36,476 nt of DNA, from the IMG/VR virus record IMGVR_UViG_3300002026_000087. One strand, written 5' to 3'. The DNA is from a virus. Within the stretch, counting starts at the first letter, position 1; every line of letters begins with the position of its first letter. The position numbers and the translations under genes were made by a program. Below the pieces are notes generated by a model. That model did no database searches. It was not told the DNA's origin and was given only the letters and a program-made list of their open reading frames with translations. Shown one piece after another: positions 18,838-27,972 of the stretch.

Positions 18838-19122
18838 TTAATCCCCTTCTCTTTCAGATTCTTCTTCTTCAGCGCCATAACCTTGAGCTTCCATTTCTTC
18901 ATCGTAGATGGAATGAAAGTCCTTCATAGCACCCATTAGTAGTTTAATGTTCTTTGTTTCAATTGCACTCAAGATATCTTCACAAGCACTTTCAAGCGCC
19001 ATATCATAGTCACTCAAAGAGCTCGCGCTATCTTCGACCTTTTCACCCATAGGCTTAGGTCCACTCATTCTCTCTACTATCATAGTAGCAATTTTATTCT
19101 TACCAGGTAACATTAATGGCAT
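18838..19122 (-). CDS. Acidic hypothetical protein, 94 aa
   Basis: ORF with a highly acidic C-terminus (EEEESEREGD). No motif recognised. Confidence 0.5.
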   Translation of the reverse strand: MPLMLPGKNKIATMIVERMSGPKPMGEKVEDSASSLSDYDMALESACEDILSAIETKNIKLLMGAMKDFHSIYDEEMEAQGYGAEEEESEREGD

Positions 19123-19132
19123 TTTCTACTCC

Positions 19133-19537
19133 TTAGTAGGTTATTCCAACAGATGATCTACGCGCTATAATTTGAAAGCTAAACATTGATCCAGAAGCGG
19201 CGTCTACTGCCGATCCGGCCTTGTCATAGAATTGCACAAGGATTGTTTTTGCTTTGAAATTTGTTTGTAAATCAGCAGGAGCGGTTAATATTTCAACTGC
19301 CATTACTGCAGATCCAGTAGAGTCTTTTATGAAACCCCATGAGAAATGCAAGAAACTATCATACGCATCTGTTAAATTAAATGTGTATTGACCTACAGTC
19401 GTTTCCTTTACTATCGAATCAATTCCAACACCTTTGGTTACGCCAACTGCACCGGAACCACCAATCATAAAATTACCATATAAATGTACAACTTGTTTTT
19501 CTATTGCCAGTTCACTGTTAAATATTCTGTTTGACAT
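19133..19537 (-). CDS. Putative capsid decoration/cement protein, 134 aa
   Basis: Located two genes after the MCP. Its N- and C-terminal sequences are similar to those of the 521-aa protein upstream. Confidence 0.5.
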   Translation of the reverse strand: MSNRIFNSELAIEKQVVHLYGNFMIGGSGAVGVTKGVGIDSIVKETTVGQYTFNLTDAYDSFLHFSWGFIKDSTGSAVMAVEILTAPADLQTNFKAKTILVQFYDKAGSAVDAASGSMFSFQIIARRSSVGITY

Positions 19538-19546
19538 AGATCCCCC

Positions 19547-21112
19547 TTATACAGCTGTACCATTTTTAAGTGTTATTGTTCCCCATACTTCTGATCCTGA
19601 AGCTAGGTTAGCAGCAGAAGCAGTTGTAACACACATTAAGTCTACGTATGGGATAGCAGCATTAACACTCTCAGCTTTTATTTGGAAATGTATATCTCTC
19701 GCTGTAGCATCTTTAATAGTTGCATGAACGTCGATCAACTCATTATAACGATCTTCTAAAATAATTCTAAGAACACCTGTAGTGTTATAGGTAATTCCAC
19801 TGATCCCATATTTTTTCTGGAATGTGAAATCAACTGCACCTGCAAATGTTGCTACTTTGGAATCACCCTCACCTAAATTAACTAATACTTCAGCTCCACC
19901 GCCTGTTGCAGTTTGATCATTTAATAATGTTCCTGTATCTGTTACACTTACAGTTTTACCTACCACAGATCCTGAAGTAATCAACTCAGCTAACTCAGCA
20001 GTTGTAAGACTTACTGGAGTATTTACTCCACCGCCGAATGTACAAACTTTGCCATCACCTTCGCCACTATTAGCTAGAGGAGCAGAACCACCACCAGTTG
20101 CTGTTTGATCATTTAATAGGCCACCAGTGTTTGTTAGGTTTACGTTAGTAAGAGTTCCAGAGTTAATCAAAGTTACAAGGTTTGCAGTAGTGATACTAAC
20201 AGCAGTGTTAGCTCCACCAGCAAATGTTCCAACTAGGCCATCACCTTCACCTGCGTCTGCAAAAGCTACAGCACCACCACCAGTTGCTGTTTGATCATTC
20301 AGTAATGTTCCTAAGTCTGTTAAATTTACATTAACCAAAGTTCCTGCGTTGATCAATGTAACTAATTCAGCACTAGTAAAATTCACTGGAGTAGCTGCAT
20401 TGTTAGTTCCATCGTTAGGAGTAATAGTGCAAATTATCGCAGCAGCAGTACCAGTAATGCCTACTAGTATCTTATCAGTTGGGTTAGCAGCAGCTGCTTC
20501 TACTTGGATAGTAAAAGTGTTAGTGTTACCCAAAACGCCCGGTTTAGCTGCTACGGTCTTAGTTAAAACTATAGGAGTAGCAGTAGCTATTGAAGCCGAC
20601 GCTTGAGTTGTAGGGTTGTTTGTGCCATCATTAGGGGTTATTGTGCATACAATGTCAGCAGCATCACCTGTGATCACTGCGAGTACTTTATCGGTTGGAT
20701 TAGCAGCAGCAGCTTCCACTTCTAACGTAAAAGTACTTCCATTACCCAAAACTCCTGCTTGTGCAGCAGCGGTTTTAGTTAGCACTATATCAGTAGTTAA
20801 ATCTAATGATCCAAATGCCTGTACTGTAGGGTTATTAGTTCCATCATTCGGAGTTATAGTACATACTACAGCGCCAGCATTGCCTGTTACAGCAGCAAGC
20901 ACAGTTAGTGTAGGATTAGCAGCAGCTGCTAATACTTCACTAGTAAATGTATAACCGTTAGTAACTGATCCAGTTGCTACTTTACTAAGCACTATCGGAG
21001 TAGTCGTTGCTAATGTAGCAGTCGATGCCGTCGGAGCTTCTGTAAATTTAAAAACTAAATCTGTTATGTTTTTCTCCAAAGTTTGTCTTTTGGTAAAAGT
21101 TCTATTCGCCAT
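19547..21112 (-). CDS. Repeat-bearing paralog of the 134-aa decoration-like protein, 521 aa
   Basis: The N-terminus MANRTFTKRQTLEKNITDLVFKF aligns with MSNRIFNSELAIEKQVVHLYGNF, and the C-terminal body is similar too. Between them lie 3 copies of an approximately 71-aa repeat and 3 copies of an approximately 61-aa repeat. Confidence 0.7.
   Translation of the reverse strand: MANRTFTKRQTLEKNITDLVFKFTEAPTASTATLATTTPIVLSKVATGSVTNGYTFTSEVLAAAANPTLTVLAAVTGNAGAVVCTITPNDGTNNPTVQAFGSLDLTTDIVLTKTAAAQAGVLGNGSTFTLEVEAAAANPTDKVLAVITGDAADIVCTITPNDGTNNPTTQASASIATATPIVLTKTVAAKPGVLGNTNTFTIQVEAAAANPTDKILVGITGTAAAIICTITPNDGTNNAATPVNFTSAELVTLINAGTLVNVNLTDLGTLLNDQTATGGGAVAFADAGEGDGLVGTFAGGANTAVSITTANLVTLINSGTLTNVNLTNTGGLLNDQTATGGGSAPLANSGEGDGKVCTFGGGVNTPVSLTTAELAELITSGSVVGKTVSVTDTGTLLNDQTATGGGAEVLVNLGEGDSKVATFAGAVDFTFQKKYGISGITYNTTGVLRIILEDRYNELIDVHATIKDATARDIHFQIKAESVNAAIPYVDLMCVTTASAANLASGSEVWGTITLKNGTAV
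19838..20383 (-). repeat. Three tandem, diverged repeats of about 183 nt (about 61 aa; consensus LVTLINSGTL.NVNLT..G.LLNDQTATGGG......GEGD..V.TFAGG.NT)
   Basis: Read from the translation; coordinates are approximate. Confidence 0.8.
20384..21001 (-). repeat. Three tandem, diverged repeats of about 213 nt (about 71 aa; consensus TPIVLTKT.AA..GVLGN..TFT..VEAAAANPTDK.L..ITG.AA.I.CTITPNDGTNNPT)
   Basis: Read from the translation; coordinates are approximate. Confidence 0.8.
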
Positions 21113-21143
21113 AAATTCCTCGGGTAAATACGACTAGGGTTCA

Positions 21144-21185
21144 CCACGGCCTAGAAGACAAAAGGGTATAATAAGAATTGTTCTT
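21144..21185 (-). terminator. Rho-independent terminator/attenuator just after the major capsid gene
   Basis: Perfect stem of about 15 bp (AGGGTATAATAAGAA / TTCTTATTATACCCT) with a 3-nt loop, followed on the minus strand by TTTTGTCTTC. Confidence 0.8.
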
Positions 21186-21216
21186 ATTATACCCTCTCAT
21201 ATTAATCTAAAATAAA

Positions 21217-22461
21217 TTAAGAAATTTTAAGGTTGATATTGTAACCAGGAGCGCGAGTTCCTACGTTACCATAAAATCCATATCTGATCTCAACACCATC
21301 GGAACTTGCTTGTCTTAACATTTGCAATCCATCGGTATCAATTACTCTTACTGCTTTACCTAGAGAGTAAAGTTTCCATGTATCTAATTGAACGCCGAAT
21401 GCAGTTGATGGAGGGCAGTTTTGATCTGGAAGAATTCTGATCATGCCTCTTGGACCGTTTACTACGATTCCACGGAATGCAATTTCAGGATTAACTTTCA
21501 TATCGATATATTGAACTTTGGTACCTAGTGCTTTCTCAACTTTTGAGTAATTTGCATAGTTCATAAAGAAGTAATCGATTTTTGCACCTTCACGAGCAGC
21601 ATATACAGCAGCTTCGATCAATGCTTCTTCGATTGGAAGAGAGCTACCATCTAAACGTAGACCACCTAAACGAGTATCTACTGATCTATTAACACCAAAG
21701 AATGCAGTTGCTGCTGGAGCAGATTCTGGAACCCATGCTCCAAGTCCTGCGATAGTAGTTTGAGTCCCGGCAACATGGTCACCTCTGATAAAGATATAGT
21801 CACTCACTGCGATTGCTGGGATACCATTAGTTCCATCGTTAGCGTTGTAACCAACAGTGATAGTTCCTGCTGATCTATTTACGCCAGTCACTAAAAGGCC
21901 ATTGCCTGAAGATCCATATGATCTTAAAGCACCAGTTAAAGTATCAGATAGATCTAACTCCATTCCATATTCGAAGTTAGTTATTTCGTTAGCGTCAGCT
22001 AGAGTAAGAGTAGTACCAACTACAGAAGCGGTTGCACTCAATCTTCCGATTTCGCCGTTACCACTTCTATACATTTTAGTTGCTACTGATCTAGTTAAAG
22101 AGTTAATAGCGCCATCAATTTCTACAGTTGCAGCTTCTAGGAAAGCGTTAGCGTTTCCCTTAGATGCTTCAAGAGTTTCGTTATCGATAGTAGCAATAGA
22201 ATAATCTTTTACTCTGGTAAGTAGAAAATCATCTAGTTTAGAGTTAGTAAGAGCGCCTCTTACTTGTGCTCTAGTAAAATCCCTAGAACGACCTTGTGGG
22301 TTTCCCCAGATGGTTACTATAGGTAAATTACGACCACCAAAATCTTCCATTTTAGGAATCATAGCTAGTAATGGGTTATCTTTGTAAACCATCATTTCAA
22401 TCATGTCGTTGGTGTAATGTTGCTTAAGAGCAGCATCAAATGAAGTTAGATCCAAACTCAT
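21217..22461 (-). CDS. Major capsid protein, 414 aa
   Basis: Follows the scaffold gene and is followed by a strong terminator. Size is typical of an HK97-fold MCP. Confidence 0.8.
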   Translation of the reverse strand: MSLDLTSFDAALKQHYTNDMIEMMVYKDNPLLAMIPKMEDFGGRNLPIVTIWGNPQGRSRDFTRAQVRGALTNSKLDDFLLTRVKDYSIATIDNETLEASKGNANAFLEAATVEIDGAINSLTRSVATKMYRSGNGEIGRLSATASVVGTTLTLADANEITNFEYGMELDLSDTLTGALRSYGSSGNGLLVTGVNRSAGTITVGYNANDGTNGIPAIAVSDYIFIRGDHVAGTQTTIAGLGAWVPESAPAATAFFGVNRSVDTRLGGLRLDGSSLPIEEALIEAAVYAAREGAKIDYFFMNYANYSKVEKALGTKVQYIDMKVNPEIAFRGIVVNGPRGMIRILPDQNCPPSTAFGVQLDTWKLYSLGKAVRVIDTDGLQMLRQASSDGVEIRYGFYGNVGTRAPGYNINLKIS

Positions 22462-22481
22462 TGTAAAATCCTTTTATTGAG

Positions 22482-22503
22482 TAGAGATCGTCAATGATCT
22501 CTA
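22482..22503 (-). other. 8-bp perfect hairpin (TAGAGATC / GATCTCTA) overlapping the scaffold stop codon
   Basis: Arms at 22482-22489 and 22496-22503. No T-run follows. Confidence 0.3.
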
Positions 22504-23412
22504 TCTACGTTGTTGTTGTAATTCTTGGAGCAATTGCGCTGATCTTTTAATAGATGCTTCACGCTTTTGTTCAAAACTCATATACGTAGTCTCTTGAGAT
22601 TGGTTTGATGTCGGATTAACAGCATTACGATTAGTTAAAGTAGGTGATACTGGATTTGACTTAGGTGTATCTATTGGACGATATTTACTCGCTAATTTTT
22701 TCGACTTGCTAAAGATTTCGTACTCATGATTCTCATAATACTCTTCAATCTTTTTTGCAGCTTCATCGATGCTCATTAAAACTGGCTTAGTTTCCCCTGT
22801 AGGATCTTCTTTTGCCAGTTTCGACGTCTTTTCAAGCCAAGCCTCTATGAGACTATAAACTTCTTCGTGAGCACCCTTAAGGTTAATTAACTCGTACTTC
22901 TCGGGATTATCTTTGATGTGCTTATCTATTTCTGCTTTGAAACCAGAGATACTTGACTGAATCCTTTCACTCTCATATCTCTGTTTCTCAGCTATTTCGT
23001 CCTGCTCTTTACGTTCAAGTCTATCTTGTAATTCCTTGATCCGATCCTCAACGTTTTTTTCAGGCTTACTCCCTAGTCCTGAGTATATCACATCTTCTAA
23101 TTTCAACCCACTTTTTTCTAAATACGCAAGAGGGTCTAGCTTTGCCGATTCCTTTGCTTTTTTATAGTCCTCGTACTCTTCACGCTCAGACTTTAACTTC
23201 TGTTCACGTTCAAGTAGCATCCTTTCCTTTTTAGAGATGGCAGCGAATCGAGATGATAAACGTTCATCTTCTTTTGGAGGAGCTACTTCCTTATTTAGGG
23301 ACGCATTATCCAGTTTTTCTGGTAAATCTGTCCCCGTTTCCGGGATGCCCGTCTGAAGACTAGTTAATTGTTCTGGCGCAGCATTGACGATCGCATTGAC
23401 GATTTCACTCAT
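22501..23412 (-). CDS. Scaffolding protein, 303 aa
   Basis: Highly charged, K/E-rich helical sequence between the portal and MCP genes. Confidence 0.75.
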   Translation of the reverse strand: MSEIVNAIVNAAPEQLTSLQTGIPETGTDLPEKLDNASLNKEVAPPKEDERLSSRFAAISKKERMLLEREQKLKSEREEYEDYKKAKESAKLDPLAYLEKSGLKLEDVIYSGLGSKPEKNVEDRIKELQDRLERKEQDEIAEKQRYESERIQSSISGFKAEIDKHIKDNPEKYELINLKGAHEEVYSLIEAWLEKTSKLAKEDPTGETKPVLMSIDEAAKKIEEYYENHEYEIFSKSKKLASKYRPIDTPKSNPVSPTLTNRNAVNPTSNQSQETTYMSFEQKREASIKRSAQLLQELQQQRR

Positions 23413-23438
23413 TAATAAACATCCTTGTTAATTAGGCC

Positions 23439-25310
23439 CTACGCTGTAGGGATATTTGGTATTAATTCATTAGTTGGAGTTGGTTGAGGAGCTGCTAGAG
23501 GCGATCCACCCATGGATTGCTCGGGCATTCCCGGTACAACTGGAGGAGCTGGAGGTGTTAGTAGAGTCTGGACTTCATCCATAAATCTACGTAACAGGTC
23601 TAGTCTCTCTTCAGGTACATTCTGTTGTTTAGCTTTTAGATAGGCCGACTGTACAGTCACAGATGCCAATTGAAGATTCATAAACGGTTCAGGTGATTGA
23701 TAGTCGTTATTCTCGATCATATTCTCAATCAACCACATAATATCGTCTCTGGCGGCATTATACAGCGACATAACTCCCTCTAAATCAGGGAAGTCTAGTA
23801 AACTGCGTGCATCCTCTGGAGAGATAAACCCTGCTTGGGTTAACTCTTGGATATGAGCAAGTCGGCCTTGTGGTTGAGATGGAAGTAGAGATGTAGGGAA
23901 TACTCGCATGATAAATTTATCAGCAGGTATATTAATTTCACTCCACTTTATGGTTTCTATGAAGTTACGTTTACCTTTAACGTTAACTTTAACGTTTTCG
24001 CCTGAGGTATATACGTCTTTTGCTATATCCATGACTATTTTTGCTAGATCCATGAAGCTTTTTTCATATCTTTGAGCAACTAGCATGAATCTTTCTGACT
24101 CGATATCTTGATATTCTCTCATGGCAACCGCTGCATTTATACCTGAAGGTTTTGTAGATGTAGCGGAGAGCAGGGAAATCCCTGTTATCTGATAGGCCTT
24201 TTGAAATAGATTCTCTAAGTGAGCATATACATCTGGCGCCATCGATGCCTGAGTCTGGAATACTGGAGGAGTTCCAGTGTATTTACCGATAGTACCAGGT
24301 TCGTTTACCATGTTAGATATAGCTACCTGTGAGCTATTCTCAACCCAAACACGGGGAACACCTACTAGATGGATCGCTCTTTGGATATTAGTAATGGTTT
24401 TAGTTATCTCTAACTGAATACCAACTAACTCTTCAGCTAAACCCATACCATAGAATCCAAATATTCTAGGATTCCAACGATAGAACACGAACGGGAAGTA
24501 GTCTTTGATATACTCTTCTGCCATTAGGGTGCAGTTTTCAATAATAATTGTATGTTTACCATCCTTAGCATTTATACCTGATCTAAGATGCCATGACTCT
24601 CTCACTGCAATCCTATCAGATGCTGATCTATAGGCCATGTCTGCACGTACAAACGATGCCGCCGACATGATCTGACCTGTATATTCAGGATACATTTCGC
24701 ATAGAACGTCTCTTGAAATGTACTTCGTTTGATGTATCTGTTGAGGTTCTCCGTAAATTGCATCCGCTTCATCTAGGGTTAGCTCCTCGGGGAATACTCT
24801 ATCAACCTTGAATTTACCATCTTGATAGTATGGTTTTAGTATCCCTATTCCAAAGATAGCAGCATCTACGAAAGCACGTTGACCCATTTCATAGACGTTC
24901 ATCTCTTCAAAGACTCCATCCATAAACTTAGTTAATTGCTTTGCTTTACGTTGTTGAGTCCAATTGCCGTCGCTAGTAAGAAACAATGGGCGTGGCTTAT
25001 TCTTTGCTATCTTGGATGCAACTGAATCCACGCATGACTTGATCACGTTTAGAGATAATCTATTATTAAAAAAGCTGTTAAGAGCAGTACGAGAGAACAT
25101 CTTAGATGATAGACCAAGGAATTCCATATTAGAGTACATCGCTGCAAACCTAGCATACGCTGCTCTAAGGAACTGTTGGTTATCCTCAATAGAGTTAACT
25201 ATCCTCCATACATGTTTATGAATTTCATCATCTGGCTGAAGCCACCAGCGAGCTTTTGGGTTAAGTGCACCTATATCGTTTCCGACATACTCAGACATTA
25301 CGTCAGACAT
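23439..25310 (-). CDS. Portal protein, 623 aa
   Basis: Size and position between terL and the scaffold gene. It has a Pro-rich C-terminal tail. Confidence 0.8.
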   Translation of the reverse strand: MSDVMSEYVGNDIGALNPKARWWLQPDDEIHKHVWRIVNSIEDNQQFLRAAYARFAAMYSNMEFLGLSSKMFSRTALNSFFNNRLSLNVIKSCVDSVASKIAKNKPRPLFLTSDGNWTQQRKAKQLTKFMDGVFEEMNVYEMGQRAFVDAAIFGIGILKPYYQDGKFKVDRVFPEELTLDEADAIYGEPQQIHQTKYISRDVLCEMYPEYTGQIMSAASFVRADMAYRSASDRIAVRESWHLRSGINAKDGKHTIIIENCTLMAEEYIKDYFPFVFYRWNPRIFGFYGMGLAEELVGIQLEITKTITNIQRAIHLVGVPRVWVENSSQVAISNMVNEPGTIGKYTGTPPVFQTQASMAPDVYAHLENLFQKAYQITGISLLSATSTKPSGINAAVAMREYQDIESERFMLVAQRYEKSFMDLAKIVMDIAKDVYTSGENVKVNVKGKRNFIETIKWSEINIPADKFIMRVFPTSLLPSQPQGRLAHIQELTQAGFISPEDARSLLDFPDLEGVMSLYNAARDDIMWLIENMIENNDYQSPEPFMNLQLASVTVQSAYLKAKQQNVPEERLDLLRRFMDEVQTLLTPPAPPVVPGMPEQSMGGSPLAAPQPTPTNELIPNIPTA

Positions 25311-25338
25311 AAAACTTCCTTGTTAAATGTATTTATAA

Positions 25339-25563
25339 TTAACTATTAAATGGATTAATCCACGAGTTATTCTCAGCAGGAGAATCCTGCTCTTTCACTA
25401 TCTCAACTTCATGTTGTGACTTTGTGAATTTAACTCCATCTACTTCTGCATAATCTATTTTATTCTTTCTCATTAACATCATTAGTTGATCAACATCCTC
25501 TAATGACTTAATAATTTTAGTATTCCTCACTCTCCGTGTAGGCCTTTTAGAATCCAAACTCAT
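25339..25563 (-). CDS. Hypothetical protein, 74 aa
   Basis: ORF between terL and the portal gene. No motif recognised. Confidence 0.5.
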   Translation of the reverse strand: MSLDSKRPTRRVRNTKIIKSLEDVDQLMMLMRKNKIDYAEVDGVKFTKSQHEVEIVKEQDSPAENNSWINPFNS

Positions 25564-26938
25564 CTACTCTATCTCCTCTTAATACTCTGTCTGACTCCAT
25601 CTCCCAGAATTGATCAACTATCTCTTCTGCTTGTGGAGCATAAACGACAGGTTTATTTGTAAAACAATAATTATAAGCATGTACAAACATATATAGAGCA
25701 GCATCCGCGCCATGGTTAGGACAACTCGGATGCTCCTCTTTCTTTAATTTCTTCTCGTCCCATATAAGACCGTCGTACTCTTCCATTAGATTCGTACAAC
25801 TCTCATGTACTAGTATCTTCCCAGTTATGAAGTCAGCATTCATTAACTCAATATGATCAACCTTCCCAGTCTTCTCAGCAGCAATCAACGGCAATTCATA
25901 CCGTCTTTTCATCTGCTCCACACCCTGCTTATTTGCATTATCAATAACCACTTTCGTAGTGTTGTACTTCTTCATCAACGCCTTAATAATCACAGACACC
26001 TGATAAAAGTCTAGGTGATTCCGTTTAATAACCTCCAACACCCATAGGCGACTGTCATACTGATTATAGCAAGCGACAACAAAAGCATTATCATCTTCGT
26101 AACCAAGGTCGACTCCTATTAAGTGATACCATTCGGTCTTATGTGTCTTAGGAAGGTCAGTAAACACGTTTACTGCTCGGTTAAACTTATAGACTAGTTT
26201 ATCTGTGTCTATAAACCATTCGCCCAAATACATCCGTTTAAACGCTGGAGTCTCTACTATCTTGGGATCACGTGCCAACTGATCCTTTATCTTCTTCTCC
26301 CACTTGTCCGCTATATATGGGTTGTCCATAGTTGACCATTTGTGTACCGACCACCCACTCTCCCTATTAGTAGTCACATCATAGAACAGCGACCTAACTA
26401 GGTCTGTAGGCGTTCCTATCATCGCTACACTGCCATCTAAGTCAACACACGCAGGCTCTATAATCTCATAAACTAGCTTCCGTAGATCCTGTCTGAATGA
26501 TCCAGCTTCATCTACAATTACTAGCTTATATTTCTGTCCTAGAAACTTCTCCATCTCAGCAGGTTTAGCATCGGCACCTACTAGCCTGATAGTGCTCTTA
26601 TTCCCTAACGTCATAGACAGATCAACTTCATTAGTCTTAGCGCTTATTGAGTACTTATTGACGAGCACTTTAAGTACATCATCCCACATAATATTCTTTG
26701 CTGAGTCTCTAGTAAGTGCAATATAGAGACACTTCACCCCCGGATAATCATTGGCCGTCTTTAGGAGATATCTCCCGGCCCCGAAAGACTTCCCGCTTCT
26801 TCGGGTACAGAGTGCGGCCTTTAACTTAGATGGATCATCAATGAAATCATTTTGCTTTTGAAACTTGTCGTCCTCTATTCTTATCTTCAGCTTTGACGAC
26901 ATCGTTCTTAATATCTGGAGGTCTAATTTTGTCAGCAT
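25547..26938 (-). CDS. terL: Terminase large subunit
   Basis: Walker A CTRRSGKSFG, Walker B LVIVDEAG, and nuclease-domain acidic motifs IGVDLGYEDD and HGADAALY. The start could alternatively be Met13 (26902). Confidence 0.9.
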   Translation of the reverse strand: MLTKLDLQILRTMSSKLKIRIEDDKFQKQNDFIDDPSKLKAALCTRRSGKSFGAGRYLLKTANDYPGVKCLYIALTRDSAKNIMWDDVLKVLVNKYSISAKTNEVDLSMTLGNKSTIRLVGADAKPAEMEKFLGQKYKLVIVDEAGSFRQDLRKLVYEIIEPACVDLDGSVAMIGTPTDLVRSLFYDVTTNRESGWSVHKWSTMDNPYIADKWEKKIKDQLARDPKIVETPAFKRMYLGEWFIDTDKLVYKFNRAVNVFTDLPKTHKTEWYHLIGVDLGYEDDNAFVVACYNQYDSRLWVLEVIKRNHLDFYQVSVIIKALMKKYNTTKVVIDNANKQGVEQMKRRYELPLIAAEKTGKVDHIELMNADFITGKILVHESCTNLMEEYDGLIWDEKKLKKEEHPSCPNHGADAALYMFVHAYNYCFTNKPVVYAPQAEEIVDQFWEMESDRVLRGDRVDEFGF

Positions 26939-27143
26939 CTTTTAACTCTCTAAACCAAACAGTATTATATAGGCCTGTATAAGTACACTCACCAGTCCCT
27001 AACTCTTTAATCTTAACTAGATTATCATTAATCTCTATCTCATATGCAGGCTTATTATTTAATCCCTCTAAATGACTTGCTACTATTAGCTCTTGATTGC
27101 CAACTTTAACTGAGTTAAAGAATTTAACTTCGCTTATTTTCAT
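26847..27143 (-). CDS. Hypothetical protein, 98 aa; its 3' end overlaps terL by 56-92 nt
   Basis: The sequence looks protein-like up to about residue 70. The tail lies in an alternative frame of the terL 5' end. Confidence 0.45.
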   Translation of the reverse strand: MKISEVKFFNSVKVGNQELIVASHLEGLNNKPAYEIEINDNLVKIKELGTGECTYTGLYNTVWFRELKDADKIRPPDIKNDVVKAEDKNRGRQVSKAK

Positions 27144-27561
27144 AATACCTCAAAAATGGATTATAGTGCCAATCTCTTTCTTTCTTCTTATTAATTGTAT
27201 CGTACACTTTGGTTACATGACTAACGACTATAGTGTGATTACTTCCTATAGAGCGATCTATTAGCATTCTAGCTATTCCTACGAGTCTAAATACATACTT
27301 TACGTAGATATAATGGACGACTGGAAGATCATCTATCACCTCATAAATAACATATCCATAGACGTGATTGTTATCCTCGACGTCACAAGCAATTAAACAG
27401 TGGCACCGAGACATCAATCGGTTGATGATCTTGGAGTAGTTATGAAAGTACACGTCGTTAGTCATACGAGTATTATCGAAACTAGTTCTAAATGATTTTA
27501 GATAAGAGGACATGATGAAGTCGATATCTTCTTTAACTGCCTCTCTGAAGTCTATATCCAT
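27124..27561 (-). CDS. GNAT-family N-acetyltransferase-like protein, 145 aa
   Basis: VHYIYVKYVFRLVGIARMLI fits GNAT motif A (R-x-x-G-x-A after beta4). The N-terminus MDIDFREAVKEDIDFI is typical. Confidence 0.55.
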   Translation of the reverse strand: MDIDFREAVKEDIDFIMSSYLKSFRTSFDNTRMTNDVYFHNYSKIINRLMSRCHCLIACDVEDNNHVYGYVIYEVIDDLPVVHYIYVKYVFRLVGIARMLIDRSIGSNHTIVVSHVTKVYDTINKKKERDWHYNPFLRYYENKRS

Positions 27562-27972
27562 TTATGCCACCGTTGTTTCACGTTCTTTGATATAATCCAT
27601 CGCTTTCTTAGTAATGGCCTTTAATTCATCTAATGATAGCTCATTAAAATCTATCCCTTCTGCTGCTGGCTTATCTGTCCAACCACATAGGTTTTTAGAA
27701 GCATATATTAACATCGCAGTGTTGCCATTTTCACATTGCTTTATGATATTTCTAATGATCATAAAACGTGTGTGGACCATATTTTGTTCACGAAATAACG
27801 TAAAAGATAGACCTATTTTTTTACAATATTTATCGATTGAGTCTTCACTTACTTCAAGGAATGCAGCACAGTCGGCAAGAGTAGGTTTCATCCTACATAT
27901 TGCTTTTAGTTGCCTGATTTTTTCTTCTGTCATGACTGTTGGACGTCCAGTCTTTTTAATAAGCTTTGACAA
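27562..27972 (-). CDS. terS: Terminase small subunit
   Basis: N-terminal HTH KKTGRPTVMTEEKIRQLKAICRMKPTLADCAAFLEVSEDSIDKY, plus ...LCGWTDKP. It lies upstream of terL. Confidence 0.75.
   Translation of the reverse strand: MSKLIKKTGRPTVMTEEKIRQLKAICRMKPTLADCAAFLEVSEDSIDKYCKKIGLSFTLFREQNMVHTRFMIIRNIIKQCENGNTAMLIYASKNLCGWTDKPAAEGIDFNELSLDELKAITKKAMDYIKERETTVA

Noticed and set aside
20349-20954. Two plus-strand ORFs (85 and 112 aa) with internally repeated sequences
   Set aside because: They are the antisense image of the tandem repeats in the 521-aa minus-strand gene. Their repetition reflects that gene rather than separate coding.
26847-26938. Programmed ribosomal frameshift joining the 98-aa ORF to terL
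   Set aside because: No X-XXY-YYZ slippery heptamer or downstream structure was seen in the overlap. TerL has its own in-frame ATGs at 26938 and 26902.
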